From Spirochaetaceae bacterium (GTDB lineage Bacteria > Spirochaetota > Spirochaetia > DSM-2461), in NCBI GenBank assembly GCA_051531975.1, contig JAOPTT010000006.1:398870-462869 (forward strand): a DNA stretch of 64,000 nucleotides. The letters run 5' to 3'. This document shows, piece after piece, positions 1 to 12,000 of this stretch. The notes beneath the pieces were generated by a model. That model was not told the origin of the DNA and did not search any database. It worked only from the letters and a program-made list of their open reading frames with translations. Numbering within the stretch: position 1 is the first letter of the stretch; the number at the start of each line of letters is the position of its first letter. The position numbers and the translations under genes were made by a program.

Positions 1-3000
1 AATACTCAATAGAGTTGAGCCATTTAGTTTTACACGCTTATTTAAAACTGTGACACTAATGCCGATATTATCATTTATAATATTTATATCAACACTGTTA
101 GAGTATCCACTAATGTATAGTTTACCTTTGATAGTTTCATTAGGTAATAAATAAAAATTATTTTGAAAAGCATATAGATTAAAATTTTCAGTTATATAAG
201 TATATTTTATACTATTAGATACGTTTTCTAATGTTTGAACTTTAACAATACCATCGACCTCATTAGTTCCAGCACTAAAAGTTAAAGTGTCATTTTTATA
301 GTTTAAAACATCACACTCTTTATTATCCATATAAACTCTAGATTGTGGATTAAAACCAAATCCATAAATTATATTATCGTAAATAGTACTAATATGGGGT
401 TTTACAATGTTTTTAACTACTTCCACAAAATACTCAACATCTATTTCATTTACTTTTAATTTTATTGAATATACATCAGGAATAGTATTTTCTGGTATGT
501 ATATTTTTGTTGAAATAATATCTCCATCTATACTATTTGTAACTATCCAATTAATTGGAGAATTTTCTATTGATATGTTAATTTCATCATTAAAACGGTT
601 AATTCTATTAATTCTACTATAAAACCAAGAAAAGTTTTTTGGGTTTACTTTAGTTTTATATTTTAAATGTTCAAGTTTAATACTAGGTTTAATAAGTTCA
701 ACATCTTTTATTGTATATAGCGCATCAGAGTTTAATATTTTCAATTCTCCACTGTTTTGTTTGGACAACTTAGGAGCATAAATTTTTAAAGTTTTACTAT
801 TTGTATAATTAACAATACATAAAGTATCATCGATATAAGCTTTAGTACTTTTAGTAAATCCTGAACCTTTAACAAAAATAGTCGTATTATCATCTATATG
901 CCAAGTTTTAGGGCTGAAGTTTGTAACAATAGGACTAGGTTCTTTAACAATAATTTCCAATTTAAAACTTCTGAATACATCCACATTATTTACATTTTTT
1001 ATGATACCACTAATATAATAAATTCCTGGTAATACATCTGTTTTAGATTGATTAAATAATAGATCTATTTGGTAAGAACCTTCTTCTTTAAGACTTAATC
1101 TTTTATGTTTTATATTTAAGTCTAAAAATGATGGAGAACCGGATATTATTACTTCTGTGTAATCGTCTGTTAAATTAGTAGTTTCAGGTATAACATCAAT
1201 ATACAAAGTTGAATTATCTCCAATTGTTAATTCATGCTCCTGGTACTTTATTAAAAAGTTATTATCTGGATTATATACCTTACTTTCTATTTCAAGTAAA
1301 ACTACATTTGAAACAGGTCCAAATTCATTTTCAACGTTATATGGAATAATGGAAAACTCATAGATATCTCCAGGATTCAGTGTTGATAAAGATAATGATG
1401 TTAAATAACCTAAATCTATGGACTCTATAATATCTGTTGTTAAGTTATTTATTGTTAAATAGAAACCCTTAGATCTGTTAGGATAATTATCTGAAAAAGA
1501 GATATTTACATATTGTTCATCTCTGTTAATTACTAAATCATCTATTGCTTCTAATTCATTAAAATTATTATTAAGGATTATTGATCCAGAGATATGTTTA
1601 TAGAATTCTGGGTTTATTCCATCGTTTAGACCAACATATAGATAATACTCATTATTTGATAAAATTGTTAAGTTGGTTTTAATATCAAATTCACCTGATT
1701 CATTTAATATTACATCCCCTATTTTTAAACCTGTAAATGAACCTATTTTAGAAGAAGCATATACTGTAATTATAGGTTTAGACTCTGTATAAATTTTGAC
1801 CTTACCTGAAACAGTATAATTAGTATTTAATTCCTGGTGTTTATCTAGAACTGTTAATATATCCAATTCGGGATTTTTATTAATTCCAACTGCTTTTATA
1901 CTATAGAGACTCTCTTTTTTAAGATTGTCTACTTCTAATCTCCAGTTACCAGGAGCTGGGTCTTTTACTGCTAAGAGAATTTTATTCGATAGTCTTTCTA
2001 TTATTATATTGTCATCACCTTCTCTGAAAACTTCACCGGTAGGACTAACTACGGAAATATGTGGATCTCCTTCAGTATATTCAAGGCAAAATATGATTCG
2101 TTTATTAACTCTATTACTTCTTTTTTGAATTCTATTAAAAGTTCTATATACCAAACGATTACTATTTGGTTCACTTGAGTCTAATAGTGTATACTCTTCA
2201 ACATCACCTACATCAAAATATCCATCGGAACCTATAAAGAATCCAACACTACCTAAAATATTAAGTTCTATATAACCCTTAAAACCTTGTCTATCATCAT
2301 TAAAATCACCAACTTCTATTCCAAGACGACCAAGTGACATAGGATCCTCAGGAAAGCCAAATAGAATGTCTTGTACTGATACATCAACATAAGCTTCACC
2401 ACAAAATCTTGTTTTATCATCTTCATCAAATAGATGAGCTCTTATTGTTCCTTCTAAATAAATTTTATTAAAAAAGTCAATTTCTAACCCTGCGATCAAC
2501 TCTAAACCGTAACTCTTAGTATAGATCGCTGTTGAATATGCAGTAAATAGCCCATCTAAATATTCAAGTTCACCTTTTAGTGCAAAATCCAAATTAGTAG
2601 TATTTAACCAAAAGTCAGATTTACCAGTAACTGTTTTTTCTACATTAGTAATAGTTACACCTAATTCTATTCTCATTCCACTAGTAAACTTATCTCTTAT
2701 ATATTCTTCTAAATCATCACCAGGGGGTCCAAATGCTAAACCACCTCTTAAACCGGTTAATAAAAGACCTGTAGTACCTAAAGGTAGACCTCCAATATCC
2801 GCTTCAAACCCAAAATAAGCATACTTAAGACCTATTGGATAATCAGGATTTGAAATATTGACAAGGGATATTTTTGCTTCAACTTCACCTATACTTGCAA
2901 CAAAAACTTTACCTGAAGCACTAATCTCATAATCATCACCCGAAATAGCTAACAATGCACTCATATCTTTAAAAGTTAGTGCCCCTGTATTAATATCAGG

Positions 3001-6000
3001 AAGCTCAAACTCTCCTCCTGATATACTTAGACCATTTGAATCTATCTTAACATCATTTAATACAATAGAAGCAGAACCTAATGCAACTGGTAAAACTAAC
3101 TCAGACTTTGAACATGAAATTTGGTTATTATCTGAATCAATTTCAGGGGAATATAGAGATATTTTACAACCTAATAAATCAATATCAAGCTTTTCAACAT
3201 TAACATCTCCGTAGAATTTCCCTGTATTGTCTATCCCACCGTCAGTTATATCAATTTTTTGATTTCCTAATGATGAAGGTAGAGTAATAATACCTTTTGT
3301 AAATGAAAGTCCATCCTTATCAAAGCTAATATTATTAATGACACACTTCATATCAGCATACTCAATTTCTAACTCTTCTAAGGTAATCTCTGATTCAATG
3401 ATTTCTCCATCCCAGTCTATAAATATATAACCTCTAGTTTTGGTATTGCCTAATACTCCAACAAACCCATCCTCGATGGTTAAAGTTCCTTGAGCTGCAA
3501 TACCTCGACTATCTACAGATAAGTCCTCTAGTTCCAATGTTAGGCCATCTACAACCTCATATTTAAATAGCTCTCCGGAAGTTAAGCCTATGTTCATGGA
3601 AGTAAAACCATTATTTGCTGAATAAACGATATCTCCACTTAATTTTGAATTAGTTAATTCAGAAGGCAGATTAGTATCTACTAATTGCAAATCACCACTA
3701 ATGTTAAATAGTAGATCATTATCAATATCTGTTAATACACTAAGTTCACCATTAGTTAGGTGTAGTTTTTCAAAGATAATGGTATCTATATCAGATCGAC
3801 TTATATCAACATCTATAGTTCCGTCAGAGTGTATTGTGAAATTATTTATTAATAATTCAGTATCCCCAAAAGATTCAGGTAATATAATACTTCCACTAAT
3901 AGTAGTTTTAATATCATTATTATCAGGAGCAAGTAGTGATATTGTTCCATTTTTAAGTTTATATCCGGGGAATATTTCAAACTGTTCTGTTAAGGAATAG
4001 GTTAAATCGCAACTTTCAAATCCACCAAAACTATTTATAGTTAACTCATTAGTAATTATCTTCGAACCTTGTAATTTTTCAATTGAGAAATTTTCATCAA
4101 ATTCTATAACAGCACTGTTCAGTGAAAAGCTAATACTTTCTAAAATATTATTAGAATTAATAGATTCAATATTTGGTGTTATTGATATATTTGAACCTGA
4201 TTTTAGTATTAAATTATCTACTAATTGTTTGTCTTCAGTGATTGTTAATTCTGAATCAAAAACTAAAATATTACCTAAGGAATCAAATTGACCATTTACT
4301 GAGAAGATCTCTCCACCAATTCCTGGAAATGTTTCTGGTAAAATAATATTCCCACCAAGAGTAAAGTTTATTGGTGTATCTTCTACGTAATTAATACTAA
4401 ATACAAAGTCTGATATTGTTGAATCTAATACTCTTTTTTCTGATGATTCATACATTGCATTTAATGATTTAATTTTATTATTAGTGAGGTTATATTTAAA
4501 TTCAGATATTACTAAAGTATCTGCTTGCATATCTTCTATAAGAAAAGTATTACCTAGGACTAAAACTCCACTCAGATCAAAATCAATATCATCCTCAGTA
4601 ATAGAAGTCCTAATATTTCCACTAAAAAGTAACTCTTTATTAGCTGTTAAAGATAAGTTCTCTCCCTCAAAAGTTGCATCTAACTCTTTAATTCTATAAT
4701 CGTTATTAATTTGAAGTTTATGCACAGTGATAACTGGTGGGCTATCTTCACCATTAAATAGACCTGTTAATGGAAATATACCTCCAAATGTAAATCCCTC
4801 AGTTTCAGAGTATGAACCTGTTGTTATTGTAAAATTGTAATTTTCAATATCAACTTCAATATTATTAAAAAAGATCTCCTCTATTGAAAACTCTTTTGAT
4901 GAAAAATCTAAACTTAAATTTTTAAAACCAGTACTCTCAACCGAAATGTTATCTAACCAATCTGTTGGAAAATATATTAAACCCTGACCTATATTTATAC
5001 CATCATTATCAATATTTATATCTGATATTGTGGTTACCCATCCATCTGCAATTTCAACTTCTATATCTTCTAGTTGTAGCTCAAAAATTATTTCTTTTGT
5101 ATTCATATTATAATTAAATTTATTTATATCAACATAAAAATCCCTAAGTTCTTCAACAAAAAAGTCACTAGGAAATTGTACAGATCCTTCTATTTCTAAA
5201 TTATTTTCATTTATAATCAGATTATTTATATATAAATCTAAACCAAAAATATTTAATGGTTCTGAATTTGAATAAACAATATTAAAAGCTCCACTACTAA
5301 AAATTTCTATATTATTGAAACTTATAATTTCTCCACCAAAGATATCTCCATCAGGTAGTTTTATTGTTGAATTACTAATTTTAATTGATTCTGAAGTTAA
5401 TTTTATAGTTTTAAAATCAAATGCCATATCAAATATAGTCAAACTAAGATTATTAATAGTTGTATTTGATGTAAAAGAGATTTTGTCATTATCTTTAGTT
5501 AATTTAATGTCATCCAAATAAATTGTTGTATCACTGAAATCTTCTGGTAAAATAACATTTCCAGATAATGTAATGCCATCAGATTCAAAAGAGATACTAT
5601 CAATATCCATATTCCAACCTGCTATTGATATGTTTTTACTTTGCTTAATGTTTCCTGAATATATCTCTTCTCCTAATTTATTTAATAATACATTTTCGAT
5701 TTTAATACTGTTTTCTGCATCAATTTCTACAATACCACTTTGAATATAAATACCTTCATCAGTAAAAAAATAATCAATAATACTTATTGAAATACCATTG
5801 TTATAAATTGTAATAGGTACAGTAATAGTTTTACTTAAAACTATCCATGATGATGTTATTTCAAATGGTGAATTACTAAAATTAACTACTTTATCTGGAT
5901 TTAGGTTTTCTGGAAGATATATAGAACCAGTGGAAAACATTTTTTCATTGTCAAAATATATTGTATCGGACTGTACTTTAAATCCATTATTACTAGTAAA

Positions 6001-9000
6001 TACAACCTTAGAGTTACTATAAAGTTCTGATAATAGTTCACCTTTATTATTAAAGTTTATATCGTTAAATTGAATGTCAAAATTTTGACTTCTATTAAAT
6101 ATCGATATGTTATCAAAGATTAACTCATCGTTGATTATATTTATTCCCTTAGTTATAGCATTAAATCCATAGACAGTAATTTCTGATTCCATTGAAGTAA
6201 AGTTAGATAAAATTATATCTCCATTATATTTCATGTTAAATTCATGTAATTTTATCTGTTGTTTATCACCTAATAAAATTATCTCAATTTCAGTATCACC
6301 ACTTATTCCTAAATCAGTTATTTTAGGTTTATAAATATTAAAGTTCCAATTATTGTGGGAATAATTTATTGAATTTTCTAATATGGTATATGTTGTGTTT
6401 ATTTGATCTGATTCAAGATCCATAATATTTAGTGCATTATTTGGGGAACCTTCTGGTAATAATATTTTACTTTCAGGAATAACCAGTATTCCATTATTAT
6501 AATATATTTCAGAAAATTGTAGATCGAAACCACTTCGTAGTTTTAGTTTTGATATATTTTCATCAACATATCCAAACTGTATAAATCCAACATCTAGCTG
6601 TTCATCAATTCTCATATTCGAATTAAAAATATCAATTTCTATGTTATTAAAAAACTTGGATAGATTTACCGATAGTTTTTTTGCCACTAGGTTATTATCT
6701 GTTAGGACAATCTCTTTAATTTTGTATATTTCATTATCAGAATAGTTAATAGTGAGTTCATCAAAACTATAACCATCTTGTATTATGTTCTCTAATGTAA
6801 AACTTATTACCGTATTATATATTTTTGATGTAAGACCCTGTTGAAATGATGATAGATCAATATCGCAATTTTCTAATAAAAATCCCTTATTCGTTATTTT
6901 TATATTGTGCTTTTTTGCATATAAAAAGAATCCACTTTTTGATTGATATGTTATATCGTTATCAATATTTCCCTGTGCATTTGGGCTAATGCCATTCCCA
7001 TTAATTTGAAGATTATTAAAATATGATCTATTTTCATTAGAAATTATTTCTCCACTAGCCTGTATATGGTTATCATCAAATGTTAACTTGTTTATATAAA
7101 AACTAATTTCATTATTATGTTTTATATAAAATGGTGTTATGTCATCTGGATTATTTATTACGACCCCATTTCTTGAGATAATCAGATTTTTTAAATATAC
7201 ATTTATAGAGTTTCCATTTTCATCAACAGCTGTCTTCTCATCTTCAAATAAAAGTTCTGCATCTTTAATATGTAAATTATCAGCGACTAATTCAGAATCT
7301 AAAACTTTTAATTTTACTTCTTCTGGACCCCATTTTAATAATAATTCATCATCAATTTTAGATGATATAAAAGACCCATCATGTGTTAATAATGAATTAG
7401 ATATATTAATTGTTGAAATATTATCTATAAAACTAGTAATATTCAGGTTTTCATAATTTATAAAGTCGGTAATTGCTGCTGTTATTAATAATCTACTATT
7501 AAACAATTTAAAGATTGAAACGTTATTTAATATCCAAGATTTATTTATATTAACTTTTGAATTTATTGTTACTGGAGTTGATACTTCATATATTGAACTA
7601 TTAATAATGGGATTTATTGATGAACTTAAATGTATATTTTCAAATAGTAATTTAAGTTCATCATTCTCTGTTGTAAACTTTATAAATCTATTTATTAAAT
7701 TAACACCTAATAAGGAATCGATATATAATCCACTATAAAAATCTTCTTCCATGGATGACTTAATATTAAACCCGTTAATATCTATATCACTATAGGCATC
7801 AAAATTTTCACCATAATCAAATGTTTGGTTAAACTTTAAGTTAGTAAGTTCTAAGTTATTAATTTTATTGATATAACCTGGAACTACAATTGAAGCTGCT
7901 GATTTTTCATTTGAATTAAAGTGTTGTTCACCATAAACTTTGAATCCATCAATGTTATATATGAAATCAACATAATCTAATTCATTATCATTTATATCAT
8001 TATTAAATGTGAAACTCTGACTACTGATATTTTGTAGTACTGGGATAGTATCTGTAAAAGTCGATATTGAAACTTTGTATTTCTTATTTAGAACTAAACC
8101 ATCAATATTATAACTTCTAATTTTTTTATCTAGTAATATTGAGTAAAATTTATCTTCTTGGTTTATTATTATCTTTTGTGACTCTATATTTCCTATAACA
8201 TCCCAAGTAATTATGGATGACAATGTATCAAGATCTTTTTCGATATCAGTTATATTTATTATTGGTAAAGATCTATTATATTTTAATTTAAATAGATCTT
8301 CAGTCTGTTTATCCCCATAATCAGTAGCTATAACCTTTACATATTTGTCACCAATTATCTCATCCTTGGTTAAAGCTAATCGTATAAAACAACTATTTCC
8401 AACTCTTGTTATTAAAACATTACCTTCAATAAATGTATTGTTATCGTTACTAATATAATATTCATATTTTTTTACACCTGTCATATCTGTAGGTTTTTGC
8501 CAGTTTAATTCTATCTCTCCATGAGAATATTCTTGATCTGAGTCTGGATGTGTTTGTGATTGAATTAATAAGTTTTGAGGTGGTGTCGTATCAATTCTAA
8601 ATTTATGATCTAACGAAAACTCACTCTGTTGTTTACTATTTGTTAAAGCTCTAACTTTTAAAAAGTAATACTCATCAGTTAAGTTATCTTTTAAACTATT
8701 TAAATTTAATAATGTTATTCCTCCATCAAAATTAGTTATTTCACTATCTATTATTAACTGTTCTGGTGCCAATATACCTTTATATAATTGATATCTATAT
8801 TTATTAACAAAGGCTAAGGAATTATTAGAGTTATCAGGAGATATCTTAAAGGTAATATTATTCAAAGTCGTAACATCAGTAATATAATTTGCCTTTAGAT
8901 ATCCAGTTACCTTTGGTGGCAATATAGTTTTATTATTAATTCTGATAGTTTTATAGGTATAATTTTCTGATCTATTACCAGCATCATCAAATAAATAGAC

Positions 9001-12000
9001 ATATAGATAATAAAGTCCTCCTCCATCTTTAAAATCTAATACTGAATTATTGTTATATTTTGTATAATTATCTTTGTTATAATTCATATTAGATGGTAAA
9101 AGTTTTGTAAGGAAATATTCGTATCTTGGTATATCAATATCTTTTGAACTGTTTGTGAGAACTAGTTGTAAATTATTAGATGCTGTTATGCTATCTTCTA
9201 GAAGTGATGTTTCACCATTATTATTTTCAAACAGTGATATCTCTACTGTTTGAATGTCTGGGGATATTCTATCAATAATAAACTGCTTAACAAAATCTGT
9301 TGAAAATCCAACCTTGTCTGTCAATCTTACTGTTACATTAAACTTCCCATCGGGGATATCAGCAGAAAGAAAAATAGGTTCTGAAATTATTAATTTATTA
9401 AATTCATCATCTGTTTTATATTCTAATTTATCCTCATTCAGTTCTAATCTATCTACACCTATAAACGTTATTGAACTATTGGCTTTAGTATCTTCTAAAT
9501 TATTATTAAATTTTAAATCAATAAAGTTTATTACTGGTATTGTTGTATCCTTAATAAAATTAAATGATCTGATTGTTTTGTTTTCAACTTTATCAAAAGC
9601 TGCAATATTTATTGTATTTACCCCATCTACAATATTATGATCTGATAGTTTTATTGGGCCTATTATTTGCCTAAAGTCTTCAATGTTAAATGAAAACTTA
9701 ATCTTTGATAAATGTAAATCGGTAGCTATTAAACTACTATCTTTTAATGTGATATATTCTGTAATAAATATTTCATCTCCTAAAATTGGGTTTTCAGTTA
9801 TAATTTTTGGGGCTATTGAATCTATATTAACTATCTGATTTTTTGTTATTTTATTTCCAACAGAATCTGTGGCTGTTATCTGAACTTCATTTATTCCATT
9901 ATTAAAAATATCTAAAACATATTCATTATTTATATTTTTAACATATGTGACTTCTTTATTATTAATAAGACAAATAACATCATTTACTAATATATTGTCA
10001 GAGACATTAAACTTATAATAATAATGACTATATAATTTTATTGGCGTTGTAATTTCGTCTATTGTTGGTCTTACATTATCAATTTTTATCTCTTTTGTAA
10101 CATTTAAAATATTACCAGAAGTATCTTTAATATTTAATTCAACTTCAAAAATACCACTTTCTGAAAACTTTATTAAAAATTTATTATTATCTATTTGAGT
10201 CGGTTTTTTTAAAATTTTATTTATATAAATATCATGGTTATCAATTTTTATATTGTCAGAAATAGTGTATATATAGTCAAAAGTTTTATGGTAAGAATCG
10301 GTAATATTATCTATAAGAGCGGGAGGTGTATTATCAATAAATATTTGTTCATTTATAGTACTTCTATTTCCAGAATAATCTTTTGAAAAGATTTCTATAA
10401 AATTTATTCCTTCGTAATTTATTAAAACTGAATAGCTATTTAACCCATTATAAATTGGTATAACTTCAATTCCATTTTGTAAAACTTTGACAATACTAAT
10501 CTTATTATTATCAGTAATAGTAAACTCATAATTAAACTGTTTATAATAACCTAATGGTTTGGTTTTAACTTCAATATTTGGTGGAGTATTATCTAATCTA
10601 ATTGTTTGGTTGAAACTATTTTTATTCCCAGCCATATCTTCAATATTAACTAAAATTTCATTATCGCCATCGACATATACATTATTTAATTTATTATTTA
10701 ACAGTACAGAATAAATATCGCCTATAATACTAGGAATAACCGGCATATTGTTTACGTATATTATGTTTTTTAATATTTGATTATTATCAGATATTTTATA
10801 TTTAAACTCATAAAACACCTGACTTTCATCTGAATTATCTAATATTTCAATTAAGGGTTGTACAGTATCTATGTTTTCAACTTTATACATTATAACACCG
10901 GAGTTAAGCCCAACACCATTAACAGCTCTAAAATATATATCTTTGTTTTCTGATATATTTATCTTATAACCTTCAAACCAATTTACACTGTCATAACTAT
11001 ATTCTGTTAGGACTATTCCAGATTCCAGGTCTCTTGATTTTGCTGTAATTACTACAGATTTATTTGTCCAATTTTCATTACTGCTAATAACCTCAATTGT
11101 AGGAACTGAATTATCTATATTTGAGACTGAGTGATTAACGTAGGTAGTTAAACCAGATCCATTCCTAGTTTTAAAATAGACTATTTTATTTTCCGTAATA
11201 ACCGGAGATCCAGTTTTCCATTTATCCTTAGAATGATATCTATATAGTGTTTTTACAATACCGGACTCTATATCTGATGTAACTGCTGTAAGTATTACAG
11301 GTTCTGATGTATTCTCTATAATATTTTGTTTTATAGTTAATGATGGAGATGTATTATCGATAGTAAATTCTTTGTTATATACTGTTCTGTTTGAAACTTG
11401 GTCTAAGGCATGAACTGTTATTTTATAATCACCGTTACGTTCATTAGTAGTTAAACTATTAATATATTGTGCGAGTTTAAGTTTATAATTATCGTCTTCT
11501 GTTATGGATACTTTTGTACAATTATTATAACCAACTATTAAATTAGCTGCACTAATATTATTTAAGTATTTAACTTGTCCTTTAAGATTTGTAAACTCAA
11601 CTTTATAAAACAGTTCTTTAAGACTTGTACCAAGATCAGGACAGCTACTTGTATAATTTGCAGTATCATTTATTGAAACCTCTAAATTAGGTGTTGAGTT
11701 AAAATATTTTGATGAACCAATATTATCAGTTATTGCTGGTTTAATATTATCTTTATAAACCTTAAGTGTTCCAGATTTTTCAATGTTAAAATATTCATGC
11801 TTTATTTTATAGTTAAGATCTGTTGTAGTACTACAGTAAAAGTAATGTTTAAAACTACCCGTAGAGTAAGGAAATGGAACACCCTTTTTTCTAGACCTAC
11901 TATATCCATCAACATATACTCTGTAGTGTCCACCAGTAACACTAAACTTCACTAATATCTTAACATTATCTTTAAAATATAAATCATCACCAATAGCTTC

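Noticed and set aside
407..9640. Seven short plus-strand ORFs
   Set aside because: Antisense shadows of the giant minus-strand gene
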